From: an uncultured archaeon
GTDB taxonomy: Archaea; Asgardarchaeota; Lokiarchaeia; Sigyniarchaeales; SOKP01
Length of the DNA: 64,000 nucleotides
Reading direction: 5' to 3'
Assembly: GCA_964525635.1 (NCBI GenBank)
Contig: CAZGJX010000002.1
Span: 1-64,000, forward strand
Shown here: positions 29,972-40,502 of the stretch, in pieces
Layout of the letters: the number at the start of each line of letters is the position of its first letter
Position numbering within the stretch: position 1 is the stretch's first letter
Translations under genes and position numbers: made by a program
Notes under the pieces: generated by a model
The model's database searches: none
What the model saw: only the letters and a program-made list of their open reading frames with translations
What the model was told of the DNA's origin: nothing

Positions 29972-30865
29972 TTGAAATCATCAATGAGTCTATTTAAACT
30001 TTGTATAAATGAAAAGGATAATGAAATTTTAAATAAGCTTAAACAACATTTAAATGTTAAAAATATACGCTATTATAACATTAGAGATGATATCCTTGGT
30101 AAAATTACACAATCAGGATTTGCTTTAGAAAATGGTTCAATAATTAAATTATGGATTATATCTACCAATATCACATCACTACCAGATGAAATTTATCAAT
30201 TAGATAATCTAGAGAAATTAGTGTTTAAGAATTTAGATATTCATAATATAAGTAATTCTGTTGAGCATCTTTCACAGTTAAGTTCTCTCTCTATAAATAA
30301 TTGTAGAATAAATAAACTCCCTCTTAGTTTTGAAAATTTAACTAATTTACGTATATTGGATTTAAGTAATAATTTACTAGAAGAATTACCTCAGAACATA
30401 GGAAAATTAAACAATTTAGAATTTTTATGGTGTAATGAAAATAAGATATCTTCACTTCCAGAAGGTATTGGAAATTTATCAAATCTTAAACTTTTATCAA
30501 TAAATAATAATCTTCTCTCCGCCATTCCTCCTTCAATTGAAAAATTATCCAATTTAGAAGCTATACAGGGTTCAAATAATCAATTAATTTCACTTCCAGA
30601 AGGTATTGGAAATTTATCAAAATTAAGGACAATTAACATAGAAAATAATCAGATTTCTTCTCTCCCCGATTCAATAGGTAATTTAGAGAATCTAGGAGAA
30701 TTAAAGTTATATAACAATCAACTTCATGATCTCCCAATTTCAATAAAAAATTGCAATAATATTTATAATATTACTCTTGGTAAAAATCCCTTAACAGATT
30801 CAAAAGAAATAAAAAAAAAGGTAGTCAAACTAATTCCCAAAAAAACTAGTATACTATGGGAATAG
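29972..30865 (+). CDS. Leucine-rich repeat protein
   Basis: About nine 23-aa LPxxIGxLxxLxxLxLxxNxL repeats. The start may be ATG at 29984. Confidence 0.92.
   Translation: MKSSMSLFKLCINEKDNEILNKLKQHLNVKNIRYYNIRDDILGKITQSGFALENGSIIKLWIISTNITSLPDEIYQLDNLEKLVFKNLDIHNISNSVEHLSQLSSLSINNCRINKLPLSFENLTNLRILDLSNNLLEELPQNIGKLNNLEFLWCNENKISSLPEGIGNLSNLKLLSINNNLLSAIPPSIEKLSNLEAIQGSNNQLISLPEGIGNLSKLRTINIENNQISSLPDSIGNLENLGELKLYNNQLHDLPISIKNCNNIYNITLGKNPLTDSKEIKKKVVKLIPKKTSILWE
30451..30621 (+). repeat. Exact 33-bp direct repeat inside the LRR gene (30451-30483 and 30589-30621)
   Basis: ttcacttccagaaggtattggaaatttatcaaa occurs twice, 138 nt (two LRR units) apart. Confidence 0.9.
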
Positions 30866-31055
30866 TGTTTATTTTTTTTTTGAATGAAAGCTCCTTTAAA
30901 ATGAGTTATAATAAAAATATATTATATTCATAATTATCCCAAATGGTTTTATATTGAACATAATATAATTTCTAATTAAACACTTCCAAATCTATAACTT
31001 TCTTTTAAAAATGTATTAAAGAACAAATATAAAGTGTAAAAAACTGAAGAAGAAC

Positions 31056-32397
31056 ATGAAAAAAAAAGATATATTATTAATTATAATTCTTTCACTCAAC
31101 TTTTTCATAATAAGTATTCCTAAATTGAAAAATACTGGCAATCTATCTACTTTAAATTCAAGTTCTAATGGATCTGTTTATACTTACTATTCTAATATAA
31201 CTATAATCTCTGATTGGATTTAGTGAATCATTTTGGAATGATGGAATTAGTTTTTCTCCTTCCATAGCCGTTGATAATTCTGGAAATATACATGTAGTTT
31301 GGTCTGATACTACTAGTGGTGCTTGGGGTATATATACGGAAATTTTTTATGCATCATATTCAGGTTCCACTTGGTCAAATGCCACAGTTATTTCAGATGG
31401 ATATAATGGCACCTATTGGAATAATGGAGCTAATATTCAAACTTCTATTGCTATTGATAATTTAAATGGAGTTCATGTTATTTGGTCTAATTCTTCATTA
31501 GGTATTTGGGAAGGTGATGCTTCTGATTATGAAATTATGTATGTGTGTATTTATATTGAAACAGAGATTTCTCCCAATATTTCATTTGATAATAATCTTA
31601 TCCTAAGTATTTCTCTTTTGGGAATTATAGGAATATTAATATTTCTTAAAGATTATTTTAAGAGAAGAAAAGTATTTTCAATTAAGAGAAATATTTTAAT
31701 AGATATATCGACAATCTCGTTAGCCCTCTCTGAATCTATTGTCTAAATATATCAAATAAATTATAATTCTCAATTATATCAATATGGAATATCGGATGAA
31801 CCTTTATTATACCTCTTTCCCTTTATAATTTTAATTATATCACTAATTATTGCAATATTACTCCTATTCTCTGTTATTACCACCTTACAGGAATATAAAT
31901 CATATTTAAATTCTAAAAGAAATAATATTGTTAGCAATCGTCGACTGGACTTTGAGAAGGTATTTGAGAACGAAAATCGAAAAAAGATAATTGAAAGTAT
32001 TATTTATAGTTCTGGAATTCATTTTAAAGAACTGCTAAGAGAATGTCATTTACAACCTGGTCAACTACAATGGCATTTAAAGATATTATTAGAATATGGA
32101 ATAATTAAAGAAAAGAAAGTAGGACGATATAACACATATTTTCCATGTTATTATGATTTAGAATCTAAAACATATAATCATAAGATCATGAAATCAGAAA
32201 CTAGTTTAGAAATATTAAGCATAATTGCAAGGTTTCCTGGAATAACCCCCTCTGCTATTACTGATAAAATTTGATTAAAAAAAAATACTATGAATTATCA
32301 CATTAATAAGTTAAGAAAAAATAATCTAATTTTATCTCAAAAAAAAGGTCGTAATTTATTGATTTATCCAGTTAAAGAAATAAAAATAGAAATTTGA
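31056..32397 (+). pseudogene. Disrupted membrane-anchored regulator: signal peptide, extracellular repeats, TM segments, tandem winged HTH
   Basis: MKKKDILLIIILF leader; SIAVDNSGNIHVVWSD / SIAIDNLNGVHVIWSN repeats; TM segments; ENRKKII..GIHFKELLRE..QLQWHL and PGITPSAI..NTMNYHI. Lesions: +1 insertion near 31214, TAA at 31744, TGA at 32272. Confidence 0.8.
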
Positions 32398-32457
32398 TAC
32401 TATTTTATTATAGAAATAAATTCTTTAATATATTATAATTTATATTCTATGATAAAT

Positions 32458-33069
32458 TTATTCAATTCGGTTATTATTTTCTGAAATATTATTTGTATCG
32501 TAAAAAATAGCCCCTTTAAATCCAAATAAAATGTTTGTAATGCCTTCCATTCCTAAATAAATTAATAATGATAGGGGAATATGGTTTAGATTGAATATAA
32601 GCTCGAAAAATATTAAAATAACCAAAAATAATGCAGTATATCCCTCAATAATAAGCCATGAATGAAAAAGATTGGTTATAGATTGTTTTAATTTGGTACT
32701 TTTTAGTTTCAAAATATTATAGACGATAATTTGAAATATAGTTATAATATATGTTAAAATAAAAAGATAAAACGTTATTAATTTAAAATATAACCAATAA
32801 ATAGAAATAAATATCCAAAATATACCCAAAATCCCGATTATTTTTAAAGAAAGTAAATCTTTTTTTTTTACTTGTTCAGAGTGATATTTAAAATCAAATA
32901 TTTTTTTTATCCCTGGTAGTTCCATTTGACTTAAAATTGCGGTGTATAAGATGAGTAGTGTAAAATTACCAATATCAATCATCAATATTAAAAGAATAAA
33001 TTCAATTGAAACAAATCCCATAGTCATGGAAATAAGACGCATTCTTTGAAAATTCTTTTTCTCATTCAT
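32458..33069 (-). CDS. Hypothetical multi-TM membrane protein
   Basis: 203-aa ORF with about six hydrophobic segments and no recognised motif. Confidence 0.65.
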   Translation of the reverse strand: MNEKKNFQRMRLISMTMGFVSIEFILLILMIDIGNFTLLILYTAILSQMELPGIKKIFDFKYHSEQVKKKDLLSLKIIGILGIFWIFISIYWLYFKLITFYLFILTYIITIFQIIVYNILKLKSTKLKQSITNLFHSWLIIEGYTALFLVILIFFELIFNLNHIPLSLLIYLGMEGITNILFGFKGAIFYDTNNISENNNRIE

Positions 33070-33232
33070 ATAAGTGCATTTTATCTTATATTTTATATTA
33101 ATTTAATTCTATTTTTAATAGACTCTAATTTGTAGAGATCTTCTATATTGAAAAATTTTATTTTCGAAAATACATTTTCTTGATTATTATACTATTTAAT
33201 CACAAAAAATTGGATAGATAAAGGTTAAAAAT

Positions 33233-35890
33233 ATGACAACAGAAAATGAAAAATATGTCTATGATTTTTCTGAAGGTAAAAAAGAATTAAAGAATCTACT
33301 AGGCGGAAAAGGTGCTAATCTTGCTGAAATGACCAATATTGGTTTAAACATCCCTCAAGGATTCACTATAACTACATCTGCTTGTTTAAAATATTATGAA
33401 AATCAAGATCAAGTAATGGAGACTTTAAAACCAGCTGTATTAGATGCTATTAAAAGATTGGAAGATAAATACAATAAAAAATTTGGTGACATAAAAGATC
33501 CATTATTAGTTTCTGTTCGCTCGGGGGCACCAATGTCAATGCCTGGAATGATGGATACGGTGCTTAATTTAGGATTAAACGATGAAAGCGTTAAAGGTCT
33601 TGCTGAACAAACAGGGAATGAGAGATTTGCTTATGACTCTTATCGTCGATTTTTACAGATGTTCTCAGATGTAGTAATGGGAATTGAATTAGATCACTTT
33701 GAAGAGATATTAAACGCATATAAAGCAAAAAAAGGAGAAAATGCTAAAGATACGGATTTAGAAATTAGTGACTTAAAGAACATTATTAGAGAATATAAAG
33801 CTCTATATGAAAAAGAAATTGGTTCTCCTTTTCCTCAAAGTCCTCAAGAACAATTATTCAATTCAATTGACGCAGTGTTCAAATCTTGGAATAATAAAAG
33901 AGCAATAACATATCGTAAAATGAATAAAATCCCAAATTTTGGGACTGCTGTTAATGTACAAGTAATGGTCTTTGGTAATAAGGGATGGAGTTCAGGAACA
34001 GGTGTAGCTTTTACAAGAGATCCTTCAACAGGAGAAAAAAGAAGATTTGGAGAATATTTAGCAAATGCTCAAGGAGAAGATGTTGTAGCTGGAATTAGAA
34101 CACCAAAAACAATGACAGAAATGAAAGAAGAATTTCCTAAAGTTTACGATGAATTAATGAGTTTAATGGAGAAATTAGAAAATCACTATAAAGATATGCA
34201 AGATATTGAATTTACAATTGAAGACGGAGAACTTTTTATATTACAAACTAGAAATGGTAAGAGAACACCTACATCTGCAGTTAAAATTGCTGTTGATATG
34301 GTTAAAGAAGGTTTAATCACTAAAGAGCAAGCAATAATGAGTATTGATGCAAAATCAATATCTGATTTATTATTTAAAAGCATAGATGATAAAGCAGATT
34401 TTGAAGTCATCGCAAAGGGTATTAATGCTTCTCCTGGAGCAGTTACAGGAATTGCTATTTTTGATTCAGATAGAACTGAAGAATTAAAAAACAAAGAAAA
34501 TATGGATGTTATCCTTGTTAGACCTCAAACAAAACCTGATGATGTTCATGGATTATATGCTTCAGTTGGAGTATTAACTCAATTTGGTGGAAAAACTTCT
34601 CATGCTGCTGTTGTAGCTAGAGGAATAGGAAAACCTGCAGTAGTTGGTGCTCAAGATGTTAAAATAGATATTAAAAATAAGCAATTTACTGTTGGAAATA
34701 CTATTGTAAAGGAAGGAGATTATATAACGATAGATGGAACTACTGGAAGGATTATTAAAGGTAAAGTTCCATTAGTAGATCCAGAATTAACCGGAGAATT
34801 TATAGAATTATTAGACATAGCTGATGAAATAAAGAAACTAGGTGTACGTGCAAATGCTGACACACCAACTGATGCTACAAAGGCCCTTGAATTTGGTGCT
34901 CAAGGAATAGGTCTCTGTAGAACAGAACATATGTTTATGGCACAAGAAAGATTGCCAGTTGTACAGCAAATGATAATGGCAAAAACAACAGAAGAAAGAC
35001 AAGTTGCATTAGACAAGATACTACCAATGCAAAAGGGCGATTTTTATGATATATTTAAAATAATGAAGGGTAAACCAGTGACTATTCGATTATTAGATCC
35101 CCCATTACATGAGTTCTTACCAGAATTTACAGAACTTTTGTTAGAAACTCAAAAACTTAAAATGACCAATGCAGCAACCGATGAGGAATTGAAGGAAAAA
35201 GAAGAACTTATTCATATAATTAGAACATTGCATGAAGAAAATCCTATGATGGGTCTTAGAGGATGCCGTTTAGGAATTACATGGCCAGAAATAAATGAAA
35301 TGCAGGTAAGAGCAATTTTTCAAGCAGCTTGTGAAATAAAGAAAGAAGGGATAAATGTTAAACCTGAAGTTATGATTCCCTTAGTTGGTATGCTTTCAGA
35401 GTTAAAAATAGTAAAAGATCAACTTGTAAAAATAGCTAAAGAAACAATAGATCATTATAATGTAGATTTAGACTATAAATTTGGGACAATGATTGAAATA
35501 CCCAGAGCGGCTTTAGTTGCTGATAAAATTGCTACTGAAGCAGAATTCTTTTCATTTGGAACTAATGATTTAACACAAATGACTTTTGGATTCTCAAGAG
35601 ATGATGCTGAAGGTAAATTTCTCCCAATCTATTTTGAAAGAGGAGTTATGACAGATAATCCATTTGAAATCTTAGATCAGGAAGGAGTAGGACAATTAAT
35701 GAAGATGGCTATTCAAAAGGGAAGAGATACACGTAAAGATTTAAAATGTGGGATTTGTGGAGAACATGGCGGAGAGCCTAGCTCCATAGATTTTGCTCAT
35801 AGAATAGGATTAAATTATGTTTCTTGTTCACCTTATAGAATTCCTATAGCAAGAATTGCTGCTGCTCAAGCAAATATTAAAAACAAATAA
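33233..35890 (+). CDS. ppdK: Pyruvate, phosphate dikinase
   Basis: GGKGANLAEM, SVRSGA..SMPGMMDT, GGKTSHAAVVAR, GLCRTEHMF, FGTNDLTQ, CGEHGG. Confidence 0.98.
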   Translation: MTTENEKYVYDFSEGKKELKNLLGGKGANLAEMTNIGLNIPQGFTITTSACLKYYENQDQVMETLKPAVLDAIKRLEDKYNKKFGDIKDPLLVSVRSGAPMSMPGMMDTVLNLGLNDESVKGLAEQTGNERFAYDSYRRFLQMFSDVVMGIELDHFEEILNAYKAKKGENAKDTDLEISDLKNIIREYKALYEKEIGSPFPQSPQEQLFNSIDAVFKSWNNKRAITYRKMNKIPNFGTAVNVQVMVFGNKGWSSGTGVAFTRDPSTGEKRRFGEYLANAQGEDVVAGIRTPKTMTEMKEEFPKVYDELMSLMEKLENHYKDMQDIEFTIEDGELFILQTRNGKRTPTSAVKIAVDMVKEGLITKEQAIMSIDAKSISDLLFKSIDDKADFEVIAKGINASPGAVTGIAIFDSDRTEELKNKENMDVILVRPQTKPDDVHGLYASVGVLTQFGGKTSHAAVVARGIGKPAVVGAQDVKIDIKNKQFTVGNTIVKEGDYITIDGTTGRIIKGKVPLVDPELTGEFIELLDIADEIKKLGVRANADTPTDATKALEFGAQGIGLCRTEHMFMAQERLPVVQQMIMAKTTEERQVALDKILPMQKGDFYDIFKIMKGKPVTIRLLDPPLHEFLPEFTELLLETQKLKMTNAATDEELKEKEELIHIIRTLHEENPMMGLRGCRLGITWPEINEMQVRAIFQAACEIKKEGINVKPEVMIPLVGMLSELKIVKDQLVKIAKETIDHYNVDLDYKFGTMIEIPRAALVADKIATEAEFFSFGTNDLTQMTFGFSRDDAEGKFLPIYFERGVMTDNPFEILDQEGVGQLMKMAIQKGRDTRKDLKCGICGEHGGEPSSIDFAHRIGLNYVSCSPYRIPIARIAAAQANIKNK

Positions 35891-36094
35891 TTATTTTCTT
35901 ATTTATTATATTTGTCTATTTATTTTTTTTATATTTTTTATAATATCTAATAATTATTACTCCAAAATACTTCGTGAGTAAATCATCTTTATCTAGATTA
36001 TTATTAAATTTGTTCTCAAGAAATCAGGAGAAAGTAAAAGATTTTATCGATTGATATATTTATTTAAACATATTAAAATTGGAGAGGTAAAATA

Positions 36095-37204
36095 TTGAGT
36101 TTGTCTTTAGAGGAAAAATTAGGATTACTAACGGAAGTTGGGGAAGAAATAATTGAAGAAAATGAATTAAAGGAAATGCTGAAATGGAAAATAGAAAATA
36201 AAAAAGATATCATAGCGTATGATGGATTTGAACCTTCTGGAAACATTCATATAGCTCAAGGCCTTCTAAGAGCAATAAATGTTAATAAATTAACTAAAGC
36301 GGGTATAAAATTTAAATTTCTAATTGCAGATTGGCATGCAGCAGCAAATCAAAAATTTGGAGGAGATCTTGAAGTAATAAAAAAAGTAGGCGATTTCTTT
36401 ATAGAAGTCTGGAAAGTATGTGAAATGGATTTATCTCAGATTGAATTTATATATGCTTCAGATATAGTTAAAGATCCTAAATACTGGGAATTAGTATTAA
36501 AAATAGCTATCAATAGTACTCTAAATAGGATTATTCGATGCACTCAAATTATGGGAAGAAGCGAGAGTGATGTTTTAACCGCATCTCAAATTCTCTATCC
36601 TATTATGCAAGCCGCAGATATATTCCACCTCAATGTTGATATATGTCAATTAGGATTAGATCAAAGAAAAGTAAATATGCTTGCCAGAGAAGTGTCCAAA
36701 ATTTTTGATCTTCCTAAGCCAATCTCAATTCATCATCACATGTTAATGGGATTAACACCTCCTCCTAAAACGGATCTCTTAGGAATCGATAGAACTATAC
36801 ATTTTAAAATGTCAAAATCAAATCCAGATTCTGCTATATTTATGTTAGATAATCTTGAGGATATTAAACGTAAAATAAATAAAGCTTATTGTCCTGAAAA
36901 AGAAGCAAGAGAAAATCCCATTCTTGAATATTGTAAATATATCATATTTGAACGCTTTGATAGCGTTAAAATTGAAAGACCAGATAAATTTGGAGGAAAT
37001 ATTGAATATAATAAATATATTGATATAGAAGAAGACTATATTAAAGGGAATTTACATCCTATGGATCTTAAAAAGGCAGTTATCAAATATTTAAATCAAT
37101 TAATTGAACCTATAAGAGAACACTTTCAAAAAGATCAGAAAGCCAAAGAATTATACACATTTGTTAAGAAAGAATATAAAAAGTTTAGCTCTAAAAAATT
37201 ATAA
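36095..37204 (+). CDS. tyrS: Tyrosine-tRNA ligase (archaeal/eukaryotic type)
   Basis: YDGFEPSGNIHIAQG, YPIMQAAD, GLDQRKV, KMSKS, LHPMDLK; GGAGAGG upstream of the TTG start. Confidence 0.96.
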   Translation: MSLSLEEKLGLLTEVGEEIIEENELKEMLKWKIENKKDIIAYDGFEPSGNIHIAQGLLRAINVNKLTKAGIKFKFLIADWHAAANQKFGGDLEVIKKVGDFFIEVWKVCEMDLSQIEFIYASDIVKDPKYWELVLKIAINSTLNRIIRCTQIMGRSESDVLTASQILYPIMQAADIFHLNVDICQLGLDQRKVNMLAREVSKIFDLPKPISIHHHMLMGLTPPPKTDLLGIDRTIHFKMSKSNPDSAIFMLDNLEDIKRKINKAYCPEKEARENPILEYCKYIIFERFDSVKIERPDKFGGNIEYNKYIDIEEDYIKGNLHPMDLKKAVIKYLNQLIEPIREHFQKDQKAKELYTFVKKEYKKFSSKKL

Positions 37205-37366
37205 TTCTTTATTATTTCATTCAATATTTCCGATAAATGCGATTTATATTAATAAGCATTATTATACATCAATAATTTTAGATTAAGTTTAACAACAATT
37301 TTATTGTTATTAAGCAAGTTTCAAAAAATATTTATACATAGCTATATTCTAAAGCTTGATTTAATT

Positions 37367-38479
37367 ATGAGTGATGTACATTTTAATAAAGCTGAAGGCT
37401 CAAAATTAAAATTATTTACTCCTGGTCCTGTCCAAGTTCCCGATAGAGTACTCAATGCTATGGCATTAGCTAATGATACACATAGATCTGGGCCTTACTC
37501 AGAAATGCATAAATTAGCAATAGAAGGGCTTCAAAAAGTATTATATACTAAAAATGAATGCCTTATATTCACTTCAAGTGCTACAGGAATTATGGAAGCT
37601 TGTGTTAGAAATTTAATTAGTGATAATGAAAAAGCACTATTCCTCTCTATAGGAGCATTTGGAGATCGATGGTATCAGATTGGAGTTAATAATGGAAAAA
37701 ATTCTACAAAGGCAGAGATAGAATGGGGTAAAGCAGCTACACCTGACATTGTAAAAGAGGAATTATCAAAAGATAACTATGCTGTAGTTTGTCTCCAAGC
37801 AAATGAAACGTCAACTGGTGTATATAATCCTGTGAATGAGATCATACCCATTATTAAAGATTCAGGTGCTCTCGTTTGTATTGATGCAACATCTTCTATG
37901 GCAGGTGTAAAGATAGAAGTGGATACTCTTGGAATAGATGTTTGCTTAGCTTCGGTTCAAAAATGCTTTGCATTACCTCCTGGATTAGCAGTGTGTTCAG
38001 TCTCATCTGCAGCATTTGATAAAGCGAAGGAAGTAAAGAATAGGGGATTATATTTAGATTTTCTTGATTTACAGAAAAAAAACAAGGTAAATCAAACACC
38101 AAATACACCCCCAATCCCTCAAATTAGAGGATTAGTAGTTCAATTAGATTATTTCTTAAATGAAGAGGGAATAGAAAATAGATTTGAAAGACATCAACGT
38201 TTAGGAGAAAGAACCCGAATCTGGGCAAAAAAAATGGATTTAGAAATGTTTCCCGAAAAGGGTTATGAATCAAATACCGTATCTACCATGACCAATACAA
38301 TTAATATTGATTTTAGTAAGATGATATCTACAATGTTAGATAAAAGATACAGAATTGTGAACGGTTATGGTTCTCTAGCAAATAAAACCTTTAGGATTGG
38401 CCATATGGGAGAAATAACTGTTAGCGAATTAGAAGAAATGTTAGAAATATTAACAGAAGTGATATCAGAATTAAAATAA
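37367..38479 (+). CDS. Class V PLP aminotransferase (serine/alanine-glyoxylate type)
   Basis: LFTPGP, NETSTGV, IDATSS, SVQKC (PLP Lys), FRIGHMG. Start taken as ATG at 37367. Confidence 0.92.
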   Translation: MSDVHFNKAEGSKLKLFTPGPVQVPDRVLNAMALANDTHRSGPYSEMHKLAIEGLQKVLYTKNECLIFTSSATGIMEACVRNLISDNEKALFLSIGAFGDRWYQIGVNNGKNSTKAEIEWGKAATPDIVKEELSKDNYAVVCLQANETSTGVYNPVNEIIPIIKDSGALVCIDATSSMAGVKIEVDTLGIDVCLASVQKCFALPPGLAVCSVSSAAFDKAKEVKNRGLYLDFLDLQKKNKVNQTPNTPPIPQIRGLVVQLDYFLNEEGIENRFERHQRLGERTRIWAKKMDLEMFPEKGYESNTVSTMTNTINIDFSKMISTMLDKRYRIVNGYGSLANKTFRIGHMGEITVSELEEMLEILTEVISELK

Positions 38480-38746
38480 AATTTGATATCTCAATTTTCT
38501 TTTTTTTAATCATAGATTTTCGAATGAGATGTTTCTAAAGAAATATTATATCTAAAACTTTTAATTTCTTGATTAATCTTGATATTACTCTAATAAGCTT
38601 TTTAATATTTTCCCTTTTTTTTTTGTTATTGACAACCTTTATAACATAACACTAAATTGTTAAACATATAAATATCAACTATTATTAATTCATTAAAGTT
38701 AAAATATAATTATTCAATAAGTATTTCGATCTAATTTACTATTATT

Positions 38747-40483
38747 ATGAGTCCTTCAAATGAAGAACTATCGGTACTAAAAAGTCTGGAGACTGAAATT
38801 GGTGGAGAGATACCAGAAGCTAATGAATTATCATCCCATTCTATTGGATATAAAGTCAAAGATAATAAAATAACAGGTTTGAGCTTATTTTCATGTGGTT
38901 TGGAAAATATGCCTAAGAAAATGGCTTTTTTAAGTCATTTAAAAAAGTTATACTTGAGAGGAAATAATATAAAATTATTTTCCGAAAAAATTTGTTCATT
39001 AGAATCTCTCAATCTATTAGATTTAAGTGAAAATAAATTAAAATTTATTCCCGATGAAATTCTGCTGTTAAAAAATTTAAAAGTATTAAATTTGGAAACA
39101 AATGAATTGAGAAACCTCCCAAGTAATATTGGAAGTCTTAATAATCTTGAATCTTTAGATTTAAGTAGTAATATTTTAAATCAGATTCCTCAATCTTTGG
39201 GAAATTTAATTAATTTAAAATTCCTCAATTTAAGCAATAATAATATAAATATTTTACCAGATTCAATTGGTTCTCTCTCATCCTTAAAATTTTTATATAT
39301 AAGTAATAATAACTTAGAAATACTTACAGAAAAAATAGGTAATCTATCAAAATTAGAGAGATTGAATATTAGAAATAATAAATTAACTAAACTACCTGAA
39401 TCATTTGGATCCCTAGACGCCTTAACTTCTTGCTTTCTAAAAGGAAATAAATTAGAATCTCTTCCAAATTCTATAGGATTACTAGAAAATTTAAAATATT
39501 TAGGTTTAAATTCAAACCAATTAAAAAATCTTCCAGATTCAATCGGTAATTTATATAAACTTGAAAATTTAAGTTTAAATGATAATATTATAACACAATT
39601 ACCAGATGAGATATGTAATCTCCGTTTATTAATAAGATTTGATATTCAAAATAACGAATTAACTTCTTTACCAGAAAACATTGGTACCTTAACAAATTTA
39701 AAATTTTTCTTATTAAATAAAAATAAGATTACACAATTACCAGATTCTATAGGATTATTAAATTCTTTAGAATCTCTAGAATTAAATCAAAATAAATTAA
39801 AAACCTTACCCGGAACAATAGAGAATTTAACTTCTTTAATTGATTTAGATCTATATAGTAATAATTTAAAATTTTTACCTGATTCCTTTGAAGGAATATT
39901 AAGTCTAAATATCTTAGATTTAAGTAGTAATGATCTCGAACAATTACCAAATTCTATCTGTAAATTAAGATCTCTAAAAGAATTGGATTTATCAAATAAT
40001 AAATTACAAACTATTCCCAATTGCATTGGAGGATTAACATCTTTAATGAATTTTATTTTAGGATTTAATAATCTAAGTGAAATATCTGAATCAATAGGAA
40101 ATATGACTAATCTAGAAACTTTAGATTTGGGAAAAAATCATCTTAGGAAAATTCCAGATTCAATTGGTAGGTTAAATTCTTTAAAATACTTATATTTATA
40201 TTACAATAATCTCGTAGAAGTTCCAGAAGAATTAAGTTCTCTTGAAAATCTAGAATATCTAAATTTAAGTAATAATGAATTAAGAATCATTCCAAAAAAC
40301 ATAGGGTTGCTAAAATCACTTGAATATTTATTTTTAAATATGAATCTTTTACAAAATGTCCCAGAATCACTTATGGATCTTAATAATCTTAAACATCTAG
40401 ATATAAAAAAAAATAGTATCCAAGAAATACCTGCATTTCTAAGGATTTTAGAAGAAAAAGGTGTAAAAATCATTACTGAATAA
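38747..40483 (+). CDS. Leucine-rich repeat protein (about 22 repeats)
   Basis: Continuous 23-aa LPxSIGxLxxLxxLxLxxNxL repeats; no signal peptide or TM. Confidence 0.95.
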   Translation: MSPSNEELSVLKSLETEIGGEIPEANELSSHSIGYKVKDNKITGLSLFSCGLENMPKKMAFLSHLKKLYLRGNNIKLFSEKICSLESLNLLDLSENKLKFIPDEILLLKNLKVLNLETNELRNLPSNIGSLNNLESLDLSSNILNQIPQSLGNLINLKFLNLSNNNINILPDSIGSLSSLKFLYISNNNLEILTEKIGNLSKLERLNIRNNKLTKLPESFGSLDALTSCFLKGNKLESLPNSIGLLENLKYLGLNSNQLKNLPDSIGNLYKLENLSLNDNIITQLPDEICNLRLLIRFDIQNNELTSLPENIGTLTNLKFFLLNKNKITQLPDSIGLLNSLESLELNQNKLKTLPGTIENLTSLIDLDLYSNNLKFLPDSFEGILSLNILDLSSNDLEQLPNSICKLRSLKELDLSNNKLQTIPNCIGGLTSLMNFILGFNNLSEISESIGNMTNLETLDLGKNHLRKIPDSIGRLNSLKYLYLYYNNLVEVPEELSSLENLEYLNLSNNELRIIPKNIGLLKSLEYLFLNMNLLQNVPESLMDLNNLKHLDIKKNSIQEIPAFLRILEEKGVKIITE

Positions 40484-40502
40484 TGGGATTCAGATATATA
40501 TT

